Shown in pieces: positions 37,510 through 49,319 of a stretch of DNA of 64,000 nucleotides (the first letter of the stretch is position 1; each line of letters begins with the position of its first letter). Under the pieces are notes generated by a model, which saw only the letters and a program-made list of their open reading frames with translations, ran no database searches and was not told the DNA's origin. Both the position numbers and the translations under genes were made by a program. The DNA is from Stegostoma tigrinum (Eukaryota). The stretch covers positions 1,736,001-1,800,000 of the forward strand of contig NC_081396.1 in assembly GCF_030684315.1 (NCBI RefSeq). Reading direction: 5' to 3'.

Positions 37510-40500
37510 GTAAGTCAGGGTTGCCAAAAAAGGTGTTTCGTTTTAAGCGTCAAATTCTCCAGAAATGTAACTTCTTCACTTTCAGGAAAGTAGGGGACAT
37601 CAAACGGTTTCCACATTTCTTTTTTTATGCACGATATGACACTAAGCTGTTTTGTGGTGAATGATAGTGTCTTAATTGTCGTTGCTCAATGGAATATTGC
37701 GATATATTATTTAATTCAATCTGCTGCACTTTAATGGAAATGCGGTTTATTCGATTTCGAATCATGACTTACAATTACGTGCAAAGTAGGAAAAAATGGT
37801 CTGAGAGTAAGCTTTAATTTTAATTTCGCAAAACGGAAATGAGTATTTGTTGCACTACAGGATTTTTTTTAAATAAAGCGCCAACTTGCAAAACACCTCT
37901 ATGCGTGGATTTCTTGCCACAACAGAACATTACTTATTCCATGCAATCATGACAATATCAAAATGTTGACACAAGGAAAGACACGTTCACTGAATACAGG
38001 AAACTATAGTCCGACTTTTGCACGAATGTAACAATTGCAGCAGAATGAGTGTCCACACATATGGTCCAAATTTTTGACGTAATCTGATGACCTAATACGG
38101 CACATATTCGAAAATCTCTGAGCAGGTAAGAATTTTAATCTATTGTTGGTGAATATTCTCTCCTGATGGGTTTTGCATACGTTGAAAGATTGTTAATCGA
38201 TAACACACTGTGGTTGCCCGAATCAATAATCACTGTACATCACGAGTTTCTGAGAATGGTGAAAGGCTATAATCAAAATGGTTGGAATGATTTTAAGCAA
38301 CATGCGAGACCAGTCGGATACTATTGACGACTAAAGACAACGGAAGGCTTCTCCCCACACTGGGGCAGTTGAAATTGAAGGCATTGCAATTCTGCATTGT
38401 CAGGCGACTGATCGTGGTCTTTCGTTAGTGAGCTATTGCTCACATCAAGCATGTCAGGAAGATAAGTGTTCGAGGCACCGTTTTGAATTATTCAGGCTTG
38501 AACGTATTTGTTTATCCAACATGACTTTAAGTTTAGTATTGATGTGAGTAACTCATGATAAGTGTCAGGAACGAGCAAGTCCAGAATGTGCACCATATTA
38601 ATGTTGGAAGGAAAGCTCGAATTAATTCACGGACACGTTTAAATTTATTAGCATCAAATAGGACGAAAGCAATACGAAAATATAAATTCAAGATTCAAAG
38701 AAATTTTCAAGCAATGATCATCAAATCTGTACAAGTCAAGATTCAGCCATCTAATGAATGGCGTTCTCTCATGATGCAGATAACGAATTGAATAACATGT
38801 TGTAACAGTCCATTCTGTGAACACACTTAATATACTGTCATTCCCATATTGAAGACTTATATCATTTAATGCATAAAAATGCAGAAAATTTGAAAATTGA
38901 ATAATTCATTAATACACACACAAATTGTGCAAACAGCCATGCTCGTTTTTCATAATTTGAATCGATTCTTGCCCAGAAAATGCTGCTTTTTGCTGATGTC
39001 TTTGATTTGTACTGCAGATGCAGGTTTTCACAATTTCTTCTGCCACATTGTCTGGCACTAGCTCCTGTGCAGAGGATGAAAGATGACTATAGAGAAATAA
39101 ATAGGAAAATACCAACTGTTCTGTCCGGTAAAACAAAACTGACAAAGGACCAAATAAATTAGAGAACGGCATAGTGGGAACTGACATATCCCCTCCCTGA
39201 CTCCCCACAAACATTCTCCTTCACTGGCTCTAACCCCGCCTCTTTGACCTCTCACCCTATCTTCTCCTCTATCCACCTTCTATCCACCTCCCCCTGTTTC
39301 CATCTTTATTTCAAAATCTTCTTCGCCACCCCCATTTCTGAAGAAGGGCCCGACCCAAAACGACAAGTTTCCTACTCCTCTGATGCTGCTTGGCCTGCTG
39401 TGTTCATCCGGCTTCACCCAGTGTTACCTCAAATTAGATAATGATATTGATTGATCTAAAGTAAATTTATAAACATGCAACGTTTCACGCAGTTTGCCCC
39501 CTCCTTGATTCAGTAAACTCTTCCAATCCAGCCACATGCATTCTGCTGTCTGTGAGTGACGGTGAATGATTGGGGGTGACTGTATGTTATGGAGTGATTA
39601 TGACTGAGTGAGGTTAAGCCGTTCAACCCCATATTACAGTTCACTGTTGATGTTCACTTGTCGCTCATATTTATTCACAAATTGTGATGAATTGTACTGC
39701 AAACTGTAACTAAAATATAAGTTACCAGTTCTTCTGCTTGATCCTGGGACAAACCTGTTGCATTGTAAACAGACATGGAGTAACAGCTCCCAGTTTTTTT
39801 TTAAGAATTCAAGGGATTTCTATTTCAGGGCGAATTCAACTCATGAAGTCAAGGTTCTGTTTGTTTCTGAAGCGACTGCACAATGTATGGTGGGAAAGAG
39901 TCACGGGAACTTTAAACAAAACCATGAAAACAAATTGCCTGATTTATAGAATAGAATCGAATATCCTATGCTTTGAGGTGTACTCAAGCACAGAAGTACA
40001 GGAGTACAGTGATTTTTTTTTTACAATGTCGCTGCTTATAATGTCATCTTAGGTACAAATCTTAGGTGCAAAAGAGGAATTTAAAAGGAACGTCTTTGCA
40101 TTACTGTACCGTTGTCAACCAATAAGCTGGAAATAAGACATAGTTTAAAGGACAGATATTACAGTCAGATAGCCAGTTACAAATGAGTAGTACATTGCAG
40201 CCGCTGAACTCAGGGACCTCGACACGTGGAGTAACTGCCTGCACCAGACCTGAGTGCAACAAATGCCCCCATTGCGTTGCAGGCCACCAGTGCATTCTGC
40301 CCCAGCTGTCAGCTTCTCCAAGGTAAGTTTTCTCCGTGACTAATTCCTTGCATTGGCCTCTGCCCAGGACTCGCTCCCAGCGCTTGTTGCTGCTTCAGGT
40401 CTGCTCACCCTGGGCTGGTCACTGCACGGGACTACCTCCCTCCAACAGCCGGTGCTCCCAGACTGCTGCCCCGTGAAATCCTCCACAGTGGAATTCGCTT

Positions 40501-41294
40501 CCAGGGCTCCCCGGCTCTACAGACTGCACCCCCCCCCCCCAATTTAGTTCAGTTCATTAGTTGAAAAGAAATTCATGGGACGCAGAAGAGAAGAAGAGAG
40601 AGAGAAAAGAGAAAGAAAGAAAAACAACAGGTGGAGCAGAATGGTTACTGCAGAAACGTTTAAATCTGCACCCAACTTGTGGTGGTCGTTTGCCAACATT
40701 TTCCTCAAACATTTATTTAATCAGAAACGTTCTAAAGAAGGCAGATTGCAAAAGAGTTAAACACATGACGCTGGAGGTGAAACTAATAATGAAGGAAGAC
40801 AAAAAAAGGAAGGCTTCAGAAAGTAGCAGAATTGGCGGGAGTGGAAAACGCAAATGATTGTTGTTTATCACCAAGACAGCAGGAGCGAGATTTTGAAGCC
40901 ATTTGAAAATTCAGTAGTTCTGATTGTACAGACTGCAATGTTGGTGCATGGAAAGTCAAAAAATGTCAACAAGCATAGAACTGTTGATTTTTTTTTTGTG
41001 AATATTACCTACTAAATAAGAAAATAAGTGAGATGATCAGTGAGTATTTTGGATGGCGTTGAGATTTGAAACCTGAACACAAGGGTAGATTCAGTGAACA
41101 CGCAGTAAATTCTGTGACAGCAACTGACTTCAATGACTTATGTATTCACACAAGTTTAGTCAAACAATAAAACTCAACGAAATGCCCTTTGAATAGTCAA
41201 GAGTCAGACGTTGTACTTGAGCAATGTACTGGGTGTGACAGTAGCTAATGTTTGGAGTAAGTTTAATAACATCTCTCTCTTTTTCTTTCGTCAG

Positions 41295-42196
41295 CCAATT
41301 TGCTGGTAATTGTAATCCTATCCCAAGGACGTTGTGGGCTCTCCAAATGCATCACATGCTATCTGTTGGCGATAGCTGCCTATGATTTTCTCGTCATAAT
41401 AATTTCCGTAATCCTAAACAGGATTGGCCGCATTTACTTTATGTACACTGTCTTGTCAACCACCCAAGTGTGTCGCCTTATTGCTGTGCTGGTGCACAGC
41501 ACGCGGGATGGCTCAGTCTGGCTGACAGTGGCCTTCACCATCGATCGTTTTGTTGCCATTTGCTGCCAGAACCTGAAGATCAGATACTGCACTGAAAAAA
41601 CTGCGTCATTGGTCATTGGAACAGTCTGCATCCTGACCTGCATCAAGAATATGCCTTTATACTTCATCTACAAGCCTTTGTACACAATTAGGGGAGTACC
41701 CTGGTTCTGCAATATTAGGTCCACCTATTACACATCTCCTGTCTGGCAGGCATACGACATGCTAGACCCTATCTTAATCCCCATCTTCCCATTCGTTCTC
41801 ATTTTTCTTCTCAATGCTTTGACTGTAAAGCACATTTTAGTGGCCAACAGATCCCGTCAGAGGCTTCGAGGTGTTGATAATCGTCAAGATCCTGAGATTA
41901 TGAATCGCAAGAGATCCATTGTTTTGCTTTTCGCTATCTCGCTCAGCTTCATCCTCCTGTGGGCGACACAGGTTGGGCGTTTCCTTTACGTACGAATTAG
42001 AGGTGTGGATTATTTCAACAGCCAGAATTTCAATGACCCACAGTACATACTTTCAGAGACGACTAATATGCTCCAGCTACTCAGCTCCTGCAACAACGTT
42101 TTTATCTATGCCGTGTCTCAGAATAAGTTTAGAGAGGAGCTAAAGGTGTTGGTGAAGTATCCCTTCACCATCCATAGGAGTTTATTCAAAAGATAG
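41295..42196 (+). CDS. GPR139/GPR142-like GPCR, copy 3, exon 2 (join 37440..37509,41295..42196; 323 aa)
   Basis: AG at 41293-41294; intact 7TM ORF; the TGA of the other copies is AGA here, adding one residue before TAG. Confidence 0.92.
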
Positions 42197-44229
42197 AAAA
42201 ACAAAATTTCTCCATCTTAATTCTCTTTTATCAGTTTGTAACACTTTTCCACGAATTCAGATCTGAATTTTGCGGATAGAGCTTCCTGATTTGAATGGTG
42301 TGAAGTCCATTGTCCAACTGAGGTAGTTCTCGATTATTAATTCCAAAGGACTCAGAAATCATCGGAGCTCTGGTCTTTCAGGATGAGATGCTCAGGCAGG
42401 GATCAAACCTGCACTCATCAGTTCAATTCTGCAGTGCTCTGGGCCTATGTTGATTTATTTACTTTTTTTTCATTTCAATCACTCACTCTCCCTCCTCCCT
42501 TCCTTTTAAACTTCCTCCAAGCCTTTGTTTCTTGTTTCTGTACTGTCATCACGATATGACACAATTTCTCCTCTAGCTTATTGAAACGTGAATTCTGTTT
42601 TCTTCCCAGCGATGTTGTCAGATCTGCTAAGCATCTACAGCATGTTATGTTGAAATTTTCCTTGAGTTACTTCCTCAAGGCTACTCCTTTAGCATTATGA
42701 GTCCACTGACTGAAAGTCAATATACATATGTGAGATGTTGTACAAGTTTAAGAACTTGACTCTACTTTACAAGTCTCCAGGGAATGGTCGACAATCTGGT
42801 TCCAGTGGGAACTTCTTGGATGTTTGAACTCCTAAGGGTAATGATTCCACCTTAGTTTTTGGCATCCTGTAGAGCAACTGTGCCCACAATGTTCCTTCCA
42901 CCCTCTTTGTACTTTTTTTTTCAAAACCTTACTCATTCCTTATTGGTCAACTTCAGAATGAACATGAGTCCAAAATATCACATGTGCCATGTTTTCTCTG
43001 TGACCTGGACGGAAGCTATAAAACTGTAACAAGTCTAGAATGTATCTTTTCAGTGATTCTCTTCTCCACCAAACCTTGATTCTTTTAAGCTTTCAAGGTG
43101 TTAGTTTCAGGATGGGGAGATATGAGTGCGTGGACTCATAAACAGAGAAGATCTAGAAGTTTATTCTACTTTTGAAAGTCGTTCAATGAACTGATTCAGA
43201 ACTAAAGACGTTTAAAATGCAGTTCTTTTGTAATTCTGTGTTATTAGACTAGCATTAATGACACTTCAAAAGGATGTTCTATAACCTTCCTCGGTTTCAT
43301 CGATCCCATTGCATATTGCACAATCTTGTTCCTTTGCAACCTGTGAGTCATTCCATATCTGTGCATGTTAATGAACCCTTGTGTAATTCTGTAGCCTTCA
43401 GTACAACGTGGATAAGTACTGCCAAAATTCTGCGAAATCTATGTTTTCTTTAGAGTTTGTTGAAGCATAAATATGCATCACACATAAACATCAGAACAGT
43501 TGAAGTCAGAGCGGATTATTCCATTTGGCCCTTGAGTTTGGGCCATCATTCCATAAGACCACGGTTGATGGCACAGCTGCTGAAAACCCACATTCCTTCT
43601 GGTCTCTATGAACATTGGCTTTCATAGAAATCCGCGTTACAAAACAAAAAAAAACGTAACAGTTGATGCAGGACTTCAGCTGCAGCAATATGGCAGAGAC
43701 AAATTGGCGCTCCTGGCAGATCACCGGGAGCTTTCATTGCATCACTGGTGGCATGATGTCATTGTGGGATCAGGGTCGTACTTCTGGAATGCAGCAGCGA
43801 CAAAAGTGGCCTCAGAGTGTTATTCCTGGAATTTACTGCATTACATGGGAGTTGCTGAAACCAGAGCTGTTGTGAGAACAATCCCCCAATGTGGAGATGA
43901 GCACAAAAAGGGAGAGAAAACTGAGATTTTGATTATTTTCTGTGATATCTGAATACCTTCTGTAACTCAAAATGGGGCCTGAGCATGGCAAAACCATACG
44001 TTTTACAATGTATTTGTTATGCAAGTGACACTAAGTCATTCAATTCAATTTCTAATATAGCATGGTAGCATTGTTAGCGTCTAGTGCAAGCAGTGATAAA
44101 GGACAATTGGACAATTGGTGTTACAGATTCTCAAATGATCTTCAAGAAGTATATAACTTGTTGGGACGATTTCATAAACGGGGCTGAGAAAGGAATACAT
44201 CCAGTTCCAGAACATTGCGCATCAAATAT

Positions 44230-44750
44230 GTAGAACATAGAACAAAGAAAATAGAACATTACAGCACAGAACAGGCCCTTCAGCCCACCATGGTGTGCCG
44301 ACCATTGATCCTCATGTATGCACCCTCAAATTTCTGTGACCATATGCAAATCCAGCAGTCTCTTAAATGACCCCAATGACCTTGCTTCCACAACTGCTGC
44401 TGGCAACGCATTTCATGCTCTCACAACTCTCTGTGTAAAGAATCCGCCTCTGACATCCCCTCTATACTTTCCTCCAACCAGCTTAAAACTATGACCCCTC
44501 GTGCTAGCCATTTCTGCCCTGGGAAATAGTCTCTGGCTATCAACTCTATCTATGCCTCTCATTATCTTGTACACCTCAATTAGGTCCCCTCTCCTCCTCC
44601 TTTTCTCCAATGAAAAGAGACCGAGCTCAGTCAACCTCTCTTCATAAGATAAGCCCTCCAGTGCAGGCAGCATCCTGGTAAACCTCCTCTGAACCCTCTC
44701 CAAAGCATCCACATCTTTCCTATAATAGGGTGACCAGAACTGGACGCAGT
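44230..44750 (-). mobile_element. CR1 LINE 3' end (5'-truncated)
   Basis: ALERVQRRFTRMLP...LSYEERL...RRRGDLIEVYKIMRG, ending in a short repeat tail; absent at the paralogous site (~14585). Confidence 0.88.
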
Positions 44751-45387
44751 ATGTGTGCCCAACTTGCTGATTTCACCTAGAATCATTGTACGTATCTAAC
44801 CGTTTGTTGGAATGTTTGTGCATATGCAACTCTTGGTGTGTTTGTGTGCATGTGTTTAGTGTATGTGTGTGTATGTTTTTACATGTTTGTGTGCATTGTT
44901 TTAATAGCCTTGTGACCTTGTGTGTTGCACGTTTGTATGGGATTGAGTGTGGGTATTTGAAAACACCAGTTTGAGGTTTCGCCTCCATATGTAAATTTGG
45001 AGGTGATTGCAAGCCTGTCCCTAAATGCCTATGTAGTTTTGGCATATGAAACCATGTACATGCGTTCAAAGCATTAAGATGACTTGTTTTGGACGGACAA
45101 ACGAAACCTCATTGGACTCACCATGCCCAATTTCCTGACGGTTTAAATAAATTGAATTTTCAAGGCGTTATTCAGTCGAAAATGAACCAATTCCATTGAA
45201 AGGTCCAACTCACAGTGTCATCTGTGACTGCCCCTTCAAGCCAGCCACCTTCCTGACTTGGAAATAAAGCACAATTCCATCCGTGTCACCGGAACAAATA
45301 GGCACAGCTGCCTTCCAACCAATATCCCTGGTGTCCCCACACTCCAGGGGCAGGAACAGTTCAATCATGCAGCTCACTGTCATCTTT

Positions 45388-45735
45388 GGGTGGCATGGTG
45401 ACTCAGTGGCTAGCACTGCTGCTCCACAGCGCCAGCGACCCGGGTTTGATTCCAGCCTCAGGCGACTGTCTGTGCAGAGATTGTACATTCTCCCCCTGTC
45501 TGCATGCATTTCTTCTTGGTGCTCCAGTTTTCTCTCACAGTCCAAAGATATGAACACTAGGTTGATTGGCTATGCTAAATTGCTCCAAGTGTCCAGTGAT
45601 GTTTAGTTTAGATGGGCTATACATGGGCAAAGTAGGTGGCAATGAATGGGTTTGCATGGAATGCTCTTCAGAACTTTAGTGTGGACCTATTGAGCGAAAT
45701 GGTCTGCTTCCACATTATAGGTATTCTCTAATTCT
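45388..45735 (+). mobile_element. tRNA-derived SINE (HE1/V-SINE type)
   Basis: A box tggtgactcagtgg, B box gggtttgattcc, V-domain-like core ...cacagtccaaagat...ggttgattggctatgctaaattg. Confidence 0.8.
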
Positions 45736-46149
45736 GGAGAACCATTAGGAATGGACAATAAATGCTGACTCAGCCCATGATCCACATATCCTGAGAAAGA
45801 ATTCCTATCGTACAGTCACAGCTTTAATTATTGCCATTTCTTTAGAGTAGGGCCATCTCCTTTACAATGCCCCAACCCAGATATAGGAATTTCCATTCAC
45901 TCACAGGCAGTTTAATCCATCCCAGTCTCAAAAGCAACTATGAGCACAAGGCAGTGAAGTGAAAGCATCCTGAATGATTATTGATCTTGGCTGCTTGGCC
46001 TGCTGTGTTCATCCAGCTTCACTCTGTTACCTCAGATTCTCCAGCATTGGCAGTTCCTATTCTCTCCGTAGCAGAGGATTGATGGTGGGGAAATAGAACC
46101 TTTGTCTTCAAATGTCCAGCTTCCTTTTACAAACCGGACAGAACAATGC

Positions 46150-46784
46150 TGTTAACAAAGTGTGGAGCTGGATGAATACAGCAGGCCAAACAGCATCTCA
46201 CGAGCACAAAAGCTGACGTTTCGGGCCGAGACTCTTAGTCTGAGAGGGGGATGGAGAGAGGGAACTGGAATAAATAGGGAGAGAGGGAGAGGCGGGCCAA
46301 AGATGGAGAGAAAACAAGATAGGTAAAGAGGAGAGTATAGGTGGGGAGGTAGGGAGGGGATAGGTCAGTCCAGGGAAGATGGACAGGTCAAGGAGGTGGA
46401 ATGAGGTGGTAGGTAGGAAATGGTGGTGCGGCTTGAGGTGGGAGGAAGGGATGGGTGAAAGGAAGAACAGGTTTGGGAAGCAGAGGCAGGCTGGGCTGGT
46501 TTTGTGATTCAGTGGGGGGAGGGGAAGAACTGGGCTGGTTTTGGGATGCAGTAGGGAAAGGGGAGATTTTGAAGCTTGTGAAGCCCACGTTGATACCATT
46601 GGGCTGCAGGGTTCCCAAGCAGAAGATGAGCTGCTGTTCCTGCAACATTCGGGTGGCATCATTGTGGCACTGCAGGAGGGCCATGATGGACATGTCGTCT
46701 GAGGAATGGGAAAGGGAGTTGAAATGGTTTGTGACTGGGAGGTGCAGTTGTTTGTTGTGAACCGAGCGGAGGTGTTCGGCAAAC
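46150..46784 (-). mobile_element. Penelope-like element family A, 3' fragment
   Basis: Same sequence as 54615-55280; hammerhead core decayed. Confidence 0.85.
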
Positions 46785-47385
46785 CATTTCAGACTGCCAG
46801 ACTACTCGGGCCTCTTGGCATCAGGGTAGCCCACAAACCCACCTACACACTAAAACAACAGCTAATGAACTTAAAAGACCCTATACAGACAACAAACAAA
46901 ACGAACATAATCTACAAAATAGCTTGCAAGAACTGTGACAAACACCATATTGGACAAACAGGCAGAAAGCTAGCCACCAGGATACATGAACATCAACTAG
47001 CCACTAAACGACATGACCCACTATCACTCGTATCCTTACATGCAGGTAAGGAAGGACACCATTTTGATTGGGACAACACATCCATCCTGGGACAAGCCAA
47101 ACAGAGACATGCACGAGAATTCCTAGAAGCATGGCATTCCAACCGGAACTCCATCAACAAACACATTGATTTGGAGCCAATCTACCATCCCCTGAGAAAA
47201 AGAACAGGAAATGACATCACCAACGTAGGAAATGACATCACCAACCCAAGGAACCCTAACCAGATAAATAGAAAGCAGGACATAACACCAGCGCTTCATC
47301 GGAGGCTCACTGATGATGTTACCTAGAATGGTGACGAAATGTCTGAAAACTAACCTTCCAGCTCAGCGAGCAATCTCGCATCCAG
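46785..47385 (+). mobile_element. Penelope-like element family B, 3' fragment with GIY-YIG endonuclease
   Basis: NIIYKIACKNCDKHHIGQTGRKLATRIHEH...REFLEAWHS...INK. Confidence 0.88.
47307..47346 (+). ncRNA. Minimal hammerhead ribozyme motif (PLE family B)
   Basis: TCA-CTGATGA-TGTTACC tagaat GGTGAC-GAAATGTC-TGA. Confidence 0.7.
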
Positions 47386-47389
47386 AATA

Positions 47390-49310
47390 GTTAGTACTTG
47401 AGGGAAATTGTTTGGATTACTAGTATTTCTTTTAGTTTGTTCATCGATGGGTTAAATAATCAAATTGGTATTTGTTTCTTCTCAAAATGGAGATCAGGGA
47501 TATTATTTTCATTAACCATTCTTTTTAATAGGCTATGAGGGGCAAGGTGAGCTTCTCTGGGATTTTTGGATTTAATTATTAGAAGAGAACTTCTGCTTTC
47601 ATCCTAACAGATTGGAGCTTGCATATCAATTTGATTATCAGAGGTGTTCAACTTGCGAACAGATTTGGGGGCTCAAGTCCAAGATCACGTGTTGGATCTG
47701 AATGGATCTGAAAAGATTTAAACAAACTTGGGGATTAGTGTCCTAGACCTTTGAATAAAACTTAGGTGAGAAAAATCTGTTTATGTTTGGTTACTTGAGG
47801 TTGGTTAAATCAAAGGTGAGGAAAATGGCTTATAACAATGCTAAAGGGGTTCTGGGGTTTGAAGATGATTCCTAAATTTGTCAAGAAAGTTTAGAACAAC
47901 AAAGCAAGCTGGGACATAATTTTACACTGAGCAAACAGGCGAGGTTTGACTTTAACTAAGGATAAAATAAAGCTGAAACTCTAAAGAATTGGCCAAGCAC
48001 TTAAGCATAACAGAGTTTAAGGCAAGTGAAATAGAATTTAAGACAATGTAATTGAAAATGAGGCTACTGGAGTTAGACGAGAAAGAAGGGGAAAGAAGAT
48101 CATGGTGGACAATAAAGAAAAGGCGAGAAGATTCTTTGCTGAGCAAAAAGGAAGAGAGAGAAAAAGAATGAGAGGGAGAGAGAGAGAAGAAAGAAAAAGA
48201 GACAGAGAAGGTGAAAGAATATTTGAGTTGGAAAACATGAGGTAGGAACCTGAAGCCAAAGGATGTCAAATGGCAGAAAGAAACATACACGAGAGAAGCA
48301 AGGATGACCAAACTCATTACAGCCAACAACCCAGTAGACATATATACAAATACATCCAAACATTACCAAAAGTCGATGAAAAATATGTAGAAGCGCTTTT
48401 CATTTCCTTTGATAAATTGGCTAGGCAGATGAATTGGCCAGAGACTTTGTGGGTCATGTTACTGCAGACCAAGTTGGTAGGCAGGGTTAGCGAGGCTTTT
48501 GCATCGCTGTCCGATGAGGTGTCAGGAAATTACAAAGATGTTTAAACAGGCTATTTGAGTCCCTATGAATTGGTACCAGAAGCCTATGGACAATGGTTCG
48601 GAAACATGATGAAGGAGCCAGTAATGTCGAGTTCAAAAGAATTTTACAAAGCAGCTTCAATAGATGGGAGAGAGCATTAAAGATTCAAAAATAAATGAGG
48701 ACCTTAAAGAAATCATGCTGCTGGAGGAGCATAGAAATTCACTTCCTGAGATCATAGGAATGCATATCATGGAACGGAAAGTTACCGAAGTAAGAAAAGA
48801 TGTGCAGATAGCAGACGAATATGCATTATTGCACAAATCAAAACTTAGCTTTCAACAGCAATTTCATTTTGTGATGAATAGAAGTTAGGAGAAAGAGAGA
48901 TGGTACAATGAAAAACAAAAGGTAGGCCACACTGGAGATAGCTTACCACAGGTGAAAGAAGAAGCCCAGGAGGGGAAAAACGAGTTGAAAGGCCTCACAG
49001 TTTTCACTGTAATGAAATGAGACACAAAGTAACAGAGCTGGTTGTTTAAGAAAGGCATTCTGAAGAATGATGTGGCAAAATATGCCTAAACAATGGGATT
49101 AGTTGAGGTCGTGAAGGAAACCCTGAAACACGTTCAGGAGCTAGAGGAGAATGCACAGCCCAGTTACCAGCCGGAGAATGAGATAGTGCTCAATTTGCAC
49201 AAAGACTTCAAATCTGCCGGTAAGTTTTACTCAGGGGCAACGGGGCAAGAGGTAAAGAAGGAAAAATATTGAAAATACCGGAGCTAATCAGCCTCTAGAG
49301 ATTAAAGAAA
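47390..49310 (+). mobile_element. Degenerate Gypsy (Gmr1-like) LTR retrotransposon: partial LTR, PBS and gag
   Basis: tRNA-Pro-like PBS tgggggctcaagtccaagat at 47666-47685; gag LPKVDEKYVEALFISFDKLARQMNWP...YELVPEAY; zinc-knuckle relic at ~49000. Confidence 0.75.
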
Positions 49311-49319
49311 CGTACTGCT

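Larger units (their letters stand above)
31585..45290 (+). repeat. GPCR duplicon copy 3 (contains a V pseudogene)
   Basis: Begins at a junction joining the 11935-equivalent to the 17070-equivalent; ends matching ~15165. Confidence 0.8.

Noticed and set aside
39338-39364. Hammerhead-like cores at 7731 and 39338 (and 46215)
   Set aside because: Catalytic GAAA or CUGANGA mutated; relics only.
45211-45217. Perfect CACAGTG heptamer (also at 61803)
   Set aside because: No nonamer at 12 or 23 nt and no adjacent V/D/J sequence.
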